39,236 nucleotides of DNA from Folioceros fuciformis. Its lineage: Eukaryota. This document shows, piece by piece, positions 24,765 to 37,259 of this stretch; positions within the stretch are counted from its first letter, which is position 1, and each line of letters begins with the position of its first letter. Location: the NCBI GenBank assembly GCA_049999805.1, contig JBNGIO010006380.1, forward strand, positions 413,578-452,813, in the 5' to 3' direction. The notes below the pieces were generated by a model. It ran no database searches. It worked only from the letters and a program-made list of their open reading frames with translations, and was not told the DNA's origin. The position numbers and the translations under genes were made by a program.

Positions 24765-26311
24765 TTATGAAAGAGAATTTCCAACGTTCCGCTCGCATCC
24801 AGGGCAATTGTGCAGGCTCTCATGGATATAGATATCACAGTCGAAGCAAAAATGCTGGCCACAACGTGGACACGAGAGCCTGACTCCCTCGCTTCCACCA
24901 CCTGAAACCATACATAACAGGCCCTCAATCATCATCCACCTGGTAGATCAGGCAGGCAACGAGGGAAGGAAAAGTTTAAGCTTACTCCCTACCAGGAAGA
25001 GGGAGATCCTGCTGGCATCCGAAACACATCCTCGACGGTTGCTGGTTGCCGTTCAAGACCTTGGTTAGGAGTGCAACCTCTTCAAAAGGAGGCACTGCAA
25101 AGAGGTGGTGGTATGACCTGGCTAAATGCGGAGCCGACACGAGCGTCAGGCCACAAACATTGCATTCAGTCGGCAGGTCACAAATCCGTGCCCTGCAGCG
25201 GGGGCAAGTGTAGCCCCCTCCCACCTTCACTTCCCGATGGCAGGCACAGATGGCCACCACGCCTTCCGTTGCTTTCTGCGGAAAGCCCATTCGCACCAGA
25301 CTGGCTACCGACGACTTGGCCAAAGCCGGAGGAGGGGGTGCATGCTCTAGAACCAGCTCACGCATATGCGACTGCAGCACCTCATCCAATTGTCCCAATC
25401 ATCCATCCACCCAGTTGAAAAGGAAAAAGAGCGAAAGTTCGAACCTTGTTGAGAGGTGCCGAGGAGGAAACGACAACAGGGTGGAAATTTGGAAAAACCC
25501 TACCTCGGTAGTGGCCACCGAGTACGTTCCACCAGTGCGCTCGCACAGCAGCTTGCACACGAAGATCTCGGCAGCCAGACCGACCACGGAGCAACGGATG
25601 TTGGCTTCATGGCACTTCTTGATGGAGTCCATGATGTCCCCGGGGTCGCATGTGTTGAGCGCAGAGAAGAGAAGCAGCACTTCCCGGTGGCCATAGGTGG
25701 GGATATCACACAAGAACCCTCGAGCGCAATCCAGCGCGTTTTGGATGGACGCCTCTCCCACGCACTCCATGTTCGAGCGAAGACACCTGATATGCGACTC
25801 CGGGCTGCCGCTCAGATCCGTGAGCCGTTGCGCCACACCGTCCCTTATCACAATCAACCCCAGGTGGCTCAGCGGATTCTGATCGAAGAACTCTCGAATA
25901 AACAACTCCACGCAGTTCACGGCCAGTGCCATGCGGCTGGGCCGGAAGTCCGTCTCCGCTGCTGCCTAGTCACATAAGCACAAGCATGAGAGGAGCGTGA
26001 ATTTATCATCGACATGCCGCAGGCCTCACACTTGTGCCTCCTACCCGAGAGAAATCCACTACCACGTAGAGGTAGCGAATGATCCCGCGCTGTACGTGGG
26101 GCACAGCGATGGAGTGAAGACGCCGCCGCTGCTCCCGCTGCTGCTCTACAATGTCCACCGGCCGCAGCCTGCCGTGCTCGTCCTCCTGCAGCGTCTCCCA
26201 TGATCTCTCATCCGCATAAGCTCTCTCCCAGGCCTCCATCGTTTCTACTGCATCTTCGTCCACCTCCATGTCCTCCCCGTCTTCCTCCGGTTTCCGCCCC
26301 GCGACCTCCAT
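24765..26311 (-). CDS. GTF2H2: General transcription factor IIH subunit 2 (p44/Ssl1), 4 exons ~26311-26045, ~25965-25505, ~25371-24993, 24901-24765
   Basis: WERAYADERSWETLQEDEHGRL, RGIIRYLYVVVDFS, DFRPSR, FFDQNPLSHLG, TCDPGDI, MGFP, the C4 finger CPRC...LPTECNVCGLTLVSAPHLARSYHHLF and the C-terminal finger CFGCQ...CPRCGQHFCFDCDIYIHESLHNCPGC. Confidence 0.96.
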
Positions 26312-26569
26312 CGCCACTCCCTCCACTCCCCCCCTCCTCCTCACTCTCGCCCAGCTTTCTTGACGGTCGGCGGAAACAACATCAACCGTTTGTATGTCCA
26401 TGTCCTTTTAATCCTATGCAGTCTACTGTAACGATGTTCAACATACGTACAGGGGAACAACTCCACAACATGTATATACATACATGCCTCACCATGTTCA
26501 CTCATGCAAACTACCGAGGAGGTCATAGATTTGCTAGTTTCTATGTCAGTTAATAAATAGAGAAATCCA

Positions 26570-27352
26570 TGTAAGGAAGCATGGAAAGAGGCTGCAGAAA
26601 AATGGTACAAGCAAGGAAGCCAAGCAAGCTTGCGATCCCCTCTATTGACATTATTCTCAAGACAGTAAGTCGACAGACATCAAGAGAAGACTTGCAAGTT
26701 GTTCTCCATGCCTAGTGGACTAAATGCCCCTCTATTGACATTATTCTCAAGACGGCAAGTCGACAGACATCAAGAGAAGACTTGCAAGTTGTTCTCCATA
26801 TCTAGTGGACTAAATGCCACCCCTTCACCTGAAGATGACTTTGGGCTAGAGATAGCCTCTTTCATGCAGCAGGTATTGGTTTGTGCTACGTTTCAGAGTC
26901 AACAGGCGAGGGAGGTAGGAGGTTGAGTTGGTTGTAAAGTCAAGGTTGGCCACAGCGACGAAGCAGTTGGGGTGGAATGGAGAAGCTGTCCCTGATTTCA
27001 CCGAGTTTCCTTCATCACCATGGTGTTTGCCTACTGGCCTTCATCACATTGGTAATGGTGTACTCGTCTTCATCACCTCCATGTTCCCTAAGTCCTCCGC
27101 CTTCACTTTCTGCAACTTCATCAATTACTCCTCAACTGTCTTATCCAGCTCTCACTCAAATGCTTCAGGCTTCCAACCCTTTAGCTTCAGCGTCGCGTTT
27201 ACATTGTTATTAATGCACATCTACTGCCTAGGTTAGGGCACGTTCAGTCTACAAACTAGATATCAAAAGTCGAACTTAAGCAAACGGTTATACCGTTTCA
27301 CCTCTGTACTTAATGATCACGTTTCAATGCAAATCTAATCTTGACAATTACA
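26570..27352 (+). mobile_element. LTR (TGTAA...TTACA) followed by a tRNA-iMet primer-binding site; truncated LTR retroelement
   Basis: TTACA ends at 27352 and is immediately followed by TGGTATCAGAGC (27353-27364). The matching inverted terminus TGTAA is at 26570 (left edge inferred). A stop-riddled frame follows from ~27372 to ~27980. Confidence 0.7.
26637..26818. repeat. Tandem duplication of a 90-bp unit inside the LTR
   Basis: CCCCTCTATTGACATTATTCTCAAGAC...CTAGTGGACTAAATGCC occurs twice with few mismatches. Confidence 0.92.
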
Positions 27353-28493
27353 TGGTATCAGAGCAGGATCCATGTCGTGTGATAATCAATTTCATCCATA
27401 CATCGATCCATCCACACCATAATCCCCCACTAATTGCGACCTAATGCCAGGTGATTAGAGACAAAGACTCCTCACAAAAAAGGCAGAAAAACAAGCCAAA
27501 TACCTTGAATGGCAAAGGTTCAACAGAGAGATTCGATACCTCAAAGAGGCATAGGAAAACCTCTTGCATTATGGTTGGTTCAGGACTTGCGGTGTCCTAC
27601 TTTTAATTGGCAAAGAAATTTTTCTTAGAGGTCACCTAGAACCTAATGATTATGACTTCTCATACATCCAGGTAGAATACCTCTTCCGTCAACAATGAAA
27701 AGGGAGTTTACCACATGTCTAGACATCATCACTCCCATCTCACTCACAGATGTCAAGGAGCAAGTAATCTCTCACCTCAGTTCTCTATGTAGACAGCACA
27801 ACCTCTTCAAGCTCCCATCTACAAAGGAAATCCAAGAAACACAAACCTCAATAATACAGAAAATCAACACTCTAGACGAACCACATTCCCACATCAAATT
27901 CCCTCAACAAACTTATAGAGTTGTCCTCATCATGCAATTAGATGTATCCAGTATAATTAGAAACACTGTCTTCAGCGTTTAGAATGCCACAAACACAATG
28001 TCCTCCCACACCAGCCTGTCCAAAGTAATATGATTGTGGATCGCGAGGGGCACGAGTCGGTGATAGTTCGTCGGTGCTGGAATGCACGCAAAGAAGGAAG
28101 GGAAAAAGAAAAACGGTTATTAGATCACGGGGAGTCCAAAAATGTATGCTAAGTCAGTGTAGGTGGTTATAACTGTTCATAAAACCACTAACACTTAGTC
28201 AACCTAACCTTAGGTGACTAAACTGTTTCATTACTCCCTCTTGGTTGCAATGAACAGATTTAAAAGTATATGTGAAAACGTAACCCCTCGAATGAGTTTA
28301 TGTATAGACAGAACTCTAGCAAAAAACTTGAGTAGGATACGGGCTAAGTTGTTACGCCCGCATCCTGTGTTCTCCAGACACGCGCAAGCTCAGTCCTTGT
28401 CCTGATCCAGCTCACATCTCACGCTCCCTCTTTCTTTGTATAAAACCTTAGGGCTCCCTACTACATTTCAGTACTGTGACCTCTAAGCTGCGC

Positions 28494-31400
28494 TGTTGAG
28501 GTGTAAGTGCTACTGTCTGCTGATGGAGCCTCCCACAGAGCATGTCCTCAGAGGTGTGGAGTGTCTCCATTGTGGCAGGGAATGGATTCCTGGTTCAAGT
28601 GCTGAAGTTCTCTTCGCTTACGATAAAGGGAAAAAGAGAAGATGCAACAACCCTGACAATGAAGGACAAGCGCCTGTATGTACGTGACTTCTTCGTCCAC
28701 CCTGCCCTAATGTGCCCTGCTGTCTTCTAATGCATGCTTTCAACCACTACTAATACTCACCTTGCTTAAACACCTGCAGCTCTCCTAGATAAACTGAAGG
28801 AGACAGATCAGTTGCTACAATGTCTACAGGAGAAGATTAGAGACAAGGGATACCACATCGATCTATAAGCATGCAGAGAAGACTAGTAGGCTAGTGGGCA
28901 GTTCCAAGCTTAAGTGTAGGAGAGATTTGGCTAAGTCCTGCTGCAGTTACATGCTTAGTGTGCAGCAATTTTGGCAATGACTTAGTCAAAACATCAGCTA
29001 CATTATCCCCAGTAGGCACAAAGCGAACATCAACCTCACCTGTGTCATAAGCTTGCTTGATGAAATGGTGAGTGATCTCAATGTGTTTGGAACGGGCGTG
29101 AAAGACTGGATTCCTTGTAAGCGCTATAGCCAACTGATTGTCGCACCATAACCGTGTGGCACCTGCTGGTAATTGCTGAAGGCCTTGAAGGAAAGAACGA
29201 ATCCAAATGGCCTCACGGGCAGCCTGATATAGGGCTCCGTACTCAGCTTCAGTAGATGATAAGCAGATGGTCATAAGCTTCTTACTCGACCAGGATACCA
29301 TTGCACCTCCCAAAATATTGCAATAAGCTGCTATGCTTCGTCGTGAATCTGGGTCTCCTGCCCAATCAGCGTCGCAGTAGCTAACAAAGCTCCAGTCCAG
29401 CAGATTGCTTAGTATACTTCAAACCCAGTTGGGGTGTGCCCTTAAGATATCGGAATATCCTCTTTACAACTGACCAATGCACTTCACCCAGATTCTCTAA
29501 AAACTGTGAAACGTTGCTAACTGCCCTTGAAATATCTAGCCTGGTCCAAGCTGTTAAATACAAAAGGCTTCCTACTGCATGTCTGTAGGGACGAGTAGCC
29601 ATCAGATCCTTCTCCTCCTGAGTAGTAGGGAAGTCCTCTTTGAACAACTTCTCACTGGTGGACATGGATGTTGAAACAAGACGGACCTCTCCCATGTTGA
29701 AACGCTGCAATAGCTGTGTCACAAAATGCTCCTGATGCAGCTCAACAATGTGTTTGTCCTCCGAAAACTGAAACTGAACACCCAGGGAAAAACTAAGCTG
29801 TCACAGATCAGTCATGTCAAAACGTGAAAGGAGGGCACTCTTAGCCCTAGCCATCAAAACAAGAGAATTGCTGAAGAGAAAATTGTCGTCCACATAAACC
29901 AATATAATAAGGAAGTTGTCTTTGTCCCAAAGTATGTACACAGTGTTGTCAGCATCCAAACAAGTAAATCCTAGCTCAATCAATAATGCAGGAAACGTCT
30001 AATTCCAAGCTCAACTGGATTGTTTGAGACCATATAACGTTTTAAGTAATAAGCATACCTTCTCCTCATCAATGACAAATCCTTCGGGTTGCAACATATA
30101 AATTTCCTCTTCTAAAGTACCATGAAGGAACGCAGTTTTTACATCAAGTTGGTGAACATGCAAACCATAATGAGTAGCAAGAGATAACAATATCCTAACA
30201 GAAGTGGATTTAACCACAGGAGCAAACGTCTCAATATAATCTAAGCCAGCAACCTGACTGTAACCCTTTGCCACGAGTCTGGATTTGTAGCGACCAACAC
30301 TTCCATCTGTGTTGAGTTTCTTCTTAAAAACCCACTTGCAGGAAACTGGCTTCCGACCTTCTGGCAAGTCAACCAACTTCCAAGTGCCATTAGTTATGAG
30401 TGAGTCGTATTCAAACTGAATGGACTCCTTCCACAATTCTTCCTCTGGACCAGTGATGGCTTCTAGGTAGGTCAAAAGTTCATGAGTATTGAAGTTGGGT
30501 TTAGAAGGTGTGGAAGCTATGCCTGCTACAAAAGGGGGTTCTTTCCATTCATGTCTAGGAGGACGATGACGAGAAGACCTACGAAGGATTGGTGAAGATG
30601 GCTGGTCATTGACAGAGGTAGAAGAAGCAGGCCCAACTACAGTAGGAGGTAAATCTACCAAAAAATCGACTGGAGGGTCTACTGCTTCAGATTCAACAAC
30701 AGTCACAGGATCAACAAGAGAACTAGAAGGACAGGGTACAAGAGGCTCATCTGAATTGTGGGTGACATGAGTGTGATTGCTGCTGTTGGAAGGTGACTGT
30801 ATGTGTTGCCCCCGTGAAGCTAAAGTAGTGGGGCCTACAGTGAAATCATCAAAATCAAAGATAGCAATATTTGTATCCTTGTCAGTGACGAAATCGAGCT
30901 CAACATCAACACTGTGTATGGTGGCAGGGGGGAAGACAGAAGAGGGGGAAAGCAAGCTATCATGACGTCGTAACAAGGCATGCTCATGAAAATGACACTA
31001 CGAGAATAGGAAAGCTGACGGGTACTCGGGTCAAAGAGCTTGTAACCCTTCACATCTTTTGCATAACCCACAAATATACGTCAAACTGCCTTGGGATCCA
31101 GTTTAGTGCGCAGTTGAGAGGGAACCAAGGCATATGCAGGACTGCCAAAAATCCGCAAATAAGTGATACGGGGTTTCTTGCCTGTCCACCTTTCGTAAGG
31201 TGTGATGAGACCAAGTTCCTTAGTGGGAAGCCGATTCTGTACACAGTTGGCGGCCACTAATGCCTCTGCCCAGTATCCACGAGTCAAACCAGCAAAAGAT
31301 AAGCTAGAAAGAGCAGCTTCCTGGAGTGTCCTATTCTTGCGTTCAGCGAAGGAATTCTGATCAAGGGTATAAAGAACCGTGAATTGATGAATAACTCCCT

Positions 31401-32269
31401 TTGTTGAGCAAAAATCGGAGAAGGCATGACTGGTGTACTCCCCTCCATTGTCAGATCGAAATATCTTAAGCATGCACCTTGTCTGTCGTTGTGCCATGGC
31501 CACATAGTCTTGAAAATAGGCGAAGGTGTCACTCTTGCTATGCAGCACATAAACTGAACAATAACGACTCCATTCATCGATGAAGGTAAGAAAATAAAGG
31601 GCACCTCCAAAAGACGCTGTGGACATTGGACCACATAGATCACTGTGGACTGTGTGTAAAAAAGAAGTGGCTCGTGACAGGTTTCGATCTCGGAAGGGCT
31701 GGGAAATAGCTTTGCTAACCTGGCAGGAGTCACAAAAGGCTTGCCTATCAAAGGGGAAAGACAATTGATCATGAAAAACAGTATTGTTGACCAAGGTGGA
31801 AAGCCTCTGGAAATTGACATGGCCTAGGCGATAGTGCCATAGTTGCATTGGAGATAAAGAAGGAGATTGACTAATATGGACAGTGGGCTGGTGTGGTACA
31901 GTTCTAACGTTTAAAAGGTACAGGTCATTAAAGGGAGTGCCTGAAAAAATGTCATCCCAACCAGGTATACGAGATATTGAGCAACCTGTGTGATCAAAGC
32001 AGATACGACAAGAGTGCTCTTCTGCTAACTTCATGATCGACATAAGATTCTTGGTCATGGCTGGGACATGAAGCATGCCTGACAAGGTCATGACCTCAAA
32101 ATTAGGCAACTCGATGGTAACTGAACCCGAACCTTTGATGGCCAGACCACTGTCGTCCCCTAGCAAAACAAATTGCAGACTGTCAAGAGTAGAGGCAAAG
32201 TTGCTAAAAGCTCTCCTATCATAGCAAATGTGATTTGTGGCATCAGAGTCCAAAAAACACATATCAACC
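28494..32269 (-). mobile_element. Ty1/copia retrotransposon A (protease-integrase-RT-RNase H), degenerate, interrupted just upstream of the protease; tentative 3' LTR 28494-28755
   Basis: FLDSDATNH (PR), LWHYRLGH, HSDLCGP...RSDNGGEY...AERKNRTL (IN), YKSRLVAKGYSQ, HQLDVKTAFLHG, LYGLKQS, YVDD (RT), LSSTEAEY...HARSKHIE...ADVLTK (RH). PR-IN-RT-RH order defines copia. A weak PPT (AAGCAAGGTGAG) precedes TATTAG at 28755, so the LTR limits are uncertain. Confidence 0.93.
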
Positions 32270-32476
32270 AGTTAGAATTGCATGCGGAAGCGTCTTAAAC
32301 AAAGATGCTATATTAACAAAAGTTAAAATTAGTGTGTTCATAGGTAGGCTTTTATAGGTGGTCTCCCAAGGGATGTGTCCTTTCGCTAGCCTGGCTAACT
32401 ACCTATATTAACTGCTAGGTCTAGTTGACTAACCATATTAGTACAGAACCAATGTGGTCTGCTATTATTTCTAACT
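32270..32476 (-). mobile_element. 207-bp 3' LTR of copia element B with 8-bp inverted termini AGTTAGAA...TTCTAACT
   Basis: The minus-strand polypurine tract TGAGAGGGAG directly abuts the segment. It contains CTATAAAAG. Its far end abuts the protease region of element A. Confidence 0.75.
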
Positions 32477-35400
32477 CTCCCTCTCAGACATGTTGCAGTT
32501 CTGAGAGCTCCAAACTAAGAAAAGGAGATCACAACTAAAAATAACTGTCACTGAAGGCTACCATCTTCGACTCGGCTGTCACATCTTCCAGTCGCACCTG
32601 CTGACGCTGAGTCCGTCGTCGACAGCGACTCACGCAGTAGAGCACCTGTCATGACCAGAGCAGAAGCAAGTCCTCTAGTTAAGTTATCTTCGTAGATGAT
32701 GGAACAACCGCGGAAAGCCTCACCAAATGAGTGATTTGTGTAGCGTCACATAGCTACTACAATCTACAAGTCCTAGCCCTTCTCTGTGGAAACAGTGTTT
32801 CAACTTGGGCAAAGACTTCGTTAGAACATCAGCCGTATTATCATCTGTTGACACATACTTTATCTTCACTAAGCCCCTCTCAGCAGCATCTCTAACATAA
32901 TGATGTTGAATCTCGATGTGCTTAGTACGGGCGTGAAACACAGGGTTGGAAACCAGGGCGATGGCTGACATATTATCACAGTTAATAAGCATAGGTCCTA
33001 CTTGTTGCATACCCAAGTCTTCGCATAACTTCCTTTCCCACTCTGCCTCCTTAGTGGCTTCTGTGAGAGCTTTGTACTCCGATTCTGTGGAGGACAAAGA
33101 TATAGAGGCTTGTTTCCTACAAGACCAATTCACAATAGTGGAGCCGACAAGGAAGCAATAAGCAGAAAGACTCTTTCGCGTATCTGCATCGGAAGCCCAA
33201 TCTGCATTGACATAGCAAGTCAATTGTAGACTCCTTTTGCCACTGGGCTTGTAGCAGAGACCATAGTTAGGAGTACCCTTGAGGTACCGCATAATTCTTT
33301 TAAGTGCTACCCAGTGATCCCTTCCTGGGTTCTCAGAGAATTGCGCAATTGCATTAACAGTATTAGATATGTCTGGTCTTGTCTAATTGCTTAGAAACAT
33401 GAGGGTGCCAACCGCCATACGATAAGGCACACTCTCCATTTCCTTTTTCTCTTCATTAGATTGTGGACAAGAAGACGAGGAGAGCTTAACACCAACAGCA
33501 CCTCGAGTGAAAGCTGCTCGTGCATTCTCCAAGTTGAACCTCTTGAGCATCCTGGCTACATATCGACCTTGATGAAGGTAGATTGCTCCAGTGGACCTGT
33601 CTTTGTGTACGTGCATTCCAAGGATGTATTTAACTTGACCCAAATCTTTCATTTCAAACTCCTTGCTGAGATTAGCCTTGATCTGGTTAACCAGCTCCAC
33701 ATTATTACCGGGGATAACTAAGTCATCCACGTATAACGCTATAAAAACAAGTGAGCTGTCCTTTTGTAGCACATACAGGTTAGTATCTGCTTCGCTTTGC
33801 ATGAAGCCAATTTTTTTAAGATAAGAGTCAATTCTCTTGTACCACAGTCGAGGACTTTGTTTGAGCCCATAAATAGAACGAAGGAGTTTACACACCTTTT
33901 GTGGGAATCTGTTATCCTGATAATCCTCAGGTTGATCCATGTAGATCTCTTCTTCCAAGTGACCATAGAGGAAGGCTGTACAAACGTCCAGGTGATAGAT
34001 GTCCAAGTTAAGTTCTGCACATAAAGCAAGGAGCATCCTTATCGAAGCTGCTTTGACGACAGGTGAGTAGACTTGATCGCCTTGATAGTCGACTCCTTCT
34101 TTCTGACTATAGCCCTTGGCCACTAGCCTCGCTTTATAACGTATGCAGGGCTCAACCTCTTGAAACTTTGTTTTGAGTACCTACTTGCACTTGACAGTTG
34201 TCCTTCCTAGGGGTAGATCCACTAATGCCCAAGTGTTATTCTTGACTAAAGAGTTAAACTCATCGTCAACAGCCAGTTTCCACTTGTTAGCCTCGGGTCT
34301 CGCATATGCTTCTTGAAGTGTGAGAGGATCTCCCTCTGAAACAACAGAACTCATAGCAAAAGAATAGGCTGCTGGATCAAAATCAGTATAGCCAGCTTGA
34401 TTGAACTCCAAGTCAAATGGCTTCTCATGCTAGAGGTGTCTTGGGAGTCGCTGGCGAGTAGGGTACCCACGCTCAGGAACAACGACTTCAGGTCTTGGGG
34501 GTGATGGTGTAGGTAGAGGAATATCTGGAGCCGCACCAACATGTATGTCCCCCAAATCCAAAGGCATCTGCCCTTGTGCATCATCCATGGGCCAATCATC
34601 TTCCCCCTCTCGAGCAGGACTCGGAGGAACCGGAACTGCTTGAGGTAAAGGAGCCATGGTGGGGACAGCACCATCAGGAAAAGACGAAGGGCTTAAATCA
34701 AAGTGAACAGAAAGGCCATCAGTAGAGCGGGGACTGGTGGAGAAGTAAGCAAGAGCACCATCCTCATCCAAAAGCGGACCAGAGGATAGAATGCTAGCCT
34801 CATTGAAAGTGACAATCCGAGAATAAATAGGAGTCCGAGTAGCCACGTCAAGCAGCTTGTACGCCTTGCAATCCTCACCATAACCCACAAACACCAACTT
34901 CCGTGCTCGGGAAGAAAGCTTATCACGGAGTGGGGAGGGAACATAGGCATAAGCAGGAGAGCCAAAGACGCGCAAATGGGTAATCAAAGGCTTGTACCCA
35001 TGCCAGCACTCAAAGGGAGTACGGCCCACCACGGACTTAGTAAGTAACCTGTTCTTGATGTAGGCGGCCGTAGAGACTGCCTCCGCCCAAAAAGACTTAG
35101 GCAAGTGAGTCAGGGCTAACATAGCCCACGCCATGGCCATAAGGTCGCCATTGGTCTTCTCAGCAACGCCATTCTGAGCAGAAGTGTAGGGAATAGTGAA
35201 TTGTCTCAAGATCCCTCGCTCCTCACAATAGGCTTTGAACTAATGGTTGTTGAGTGCTCCCGCATTGTCGGATCTAATGCACCGCAGCTTGCAACCAGTG
35301 TGCAACTCGGCCATAGAAACAAAAGGTGAGAACACAGCAAAGGAGTCACTCTTGAGACGAAGGGGATACGCAAATGAGTAGCGGGAATAATCGTCCACTA

Positions 35401-37250
35401 TCGTCATAAAATGGCGTGCTCCACCTAAAGAAGTAACAGGGAGAGGTCCATACAAGTCTACGTGAACTATCTCCAAAGGTTGAGCAGCCCTATGAGCAGG
35501 AAGACTAGAGTAGGGAGAGCTCCGCCGCCTGGCGAGCACACACACTTCACAAAGAGGTGGTGTCTTAGCCAAGGAGGGCAACTTATCTCGATATAAGTCC
35601 TGCTGTGTCATGGCAAGGAGCTTGGCATGATTGAGGTGCCCAAGTTGATAGTGCCAGAGTTGAGCATTCCCTGATGGAGGAAGCCCTGGTGGTGAGTCAA
35701 CCTTAGAAGATGCTACCACGGCAGCAAGTGTAGGGGACACAGGGGTGCCTGTGAAGATGTAGAGATCACTTTGGGGCTGCCCTCTAGCTACAGCTTGCCT
35801 TGGCTGAGAGGAACGATAGAGGAAACAATCCTCTCGTCCAAAATCCAGCCGAAAACCTCCATCAAGCAGAAGTTGGCAAACAGATATCAAATTCTTAGCC
35901 ATCTGCGGGACGTGGAGCATGCTATTTAACACAAGGGAGGAACCATCCTCCAGTGTGAATGTCACGGAACCAACTCCAGCAATAGCAAGGCCAGAGTCAT
36001 TGCCCAAGAGCACAAAACATTGAGTGTCTGTTGTCGCCGTGTAGGAAGTAAACATGTGCTTGGAGCTGAAGATATGGGCAGTGGCCGCTGAGTCTAGCAA
36101 CCAGGAGGTCCTGAACTCGGAAGCTACCAAGCACATGGTTAAAGCAATCGCAGACTTGGACGGGTTTTTGGCCTTGGAGACGACAGCGGTATTGGCAGTC
36201 TTGATCTCACGCTTGGCCTCACCGGCGTGCTTGTTCCTGCACTCCCGCTCCCAGTGGCCAAGTGACTGACACCAGTTGCACGTCCCTTGACGTTTTGCAG
36301 GCTTAGAGGAAGAAGAGGCAGAAGAAGCAGCCTTTAATGTGCCGGAGTTGTTGTTTCTCCGGGGGTTGTACCCTCTCTTCATTTGTTGATTTTGTGACCG
36401 TCCTCGAGTCACAAACATCACCCGGTCTCCACCATGTTTAGATGTGTCGGAGTTGAAGCGGGATGCCTCCTCCTGAAGGAATGCGCCAACCAGCTTGGAC
36501 ACAGTGAGGGTGGATTGCCCACCAGCCACCACTGCTCGTTGTCAAGTACGGACCGACTGGTTTTGTGAAGAGACGAACGACTGATAAACAGCCGGAAGGC
36601 TAGCCAAAAGCTGGACAGCAGCATCAAATTCAGACAGGGTAGTCCCGAGTGCAGTCAATTGTGCCCGAAGGTACCTGAATCGGCTCACGTGATGGGCAAT
36701 ACTATCACCTTGTTGCATCCGAAGAGTGTAAAACTCTTGTCGGACGGTGACTAAGGTCATGACATTTGTTGACTAATAGATGTCATTGATTTGCTTCCAA
36801 GCCTCTACTGAAGAAGTCGCGCCATCGGTGTGATGCAAGGTGGTTTCGTCAAGGCTAGAAACCAGCATTTGCATGGCTTGACGATCCAGCTTGAGCCAAG
36901 CATCAACCGCCGAGTGAGGTGCAGTGGGCTTAGGGGATACACCCTCCACCAGTGGAAGAAGATCGCGCATGTTGAGAGCTGTCTTCATCCGTCGAGACCA
37001 AATCTCATATTTGGTCCCGTTGAACCTATCTCTCTCTTTGAAATCAGTAGAGACGTTCATAACATTAATTACAGGAGCCGGAGATGGCGGAGGTAGCGGT
37101 AGTGGTGAAGTTCCCCTTGACATGGTCAAATCCTTTGCTCCACAATTGTGTAAACGAGCAACGTGTTGTGACACAAGGCTCAGAAAAAAAAAACGCAAAT
37201 GTAGTGTGAGCAAAAATTTTCCAGGAGAGTTCAACGCAATCACACTCACA
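32477..37250 (-). mobile_element. Ty1/copia retrotransposon B internal region (gag-PR-IN-RT-RH), degenerate; 5' LTR not found in window
   Basis: gag FNGTKYEIWSRRM..., zinc knuckle CNWCQSLGHWEREC, WLLDSAATAH, LWHYQLGH, HVDLYGP...DDYSRY...IRSDNAG, QNGVAEK, AKGYSQKEG, YVDDL, DWASDADTRKS, RTKHIEIQHH. In-frame stops near 36773, 36542, 35240 and 33383, plus further lesions. Confidence 0.96.
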
Positions 37251-37259
37251 CCAGCCACC

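Noticed and set aside
28034-28480. Possible additional + strand LTR (TGTGG...CTACA) with a degenerate tRNA-His PBS
   Set aside because: The termini are imperfect, the PBS has several mismatches and there is no second copy in the window.
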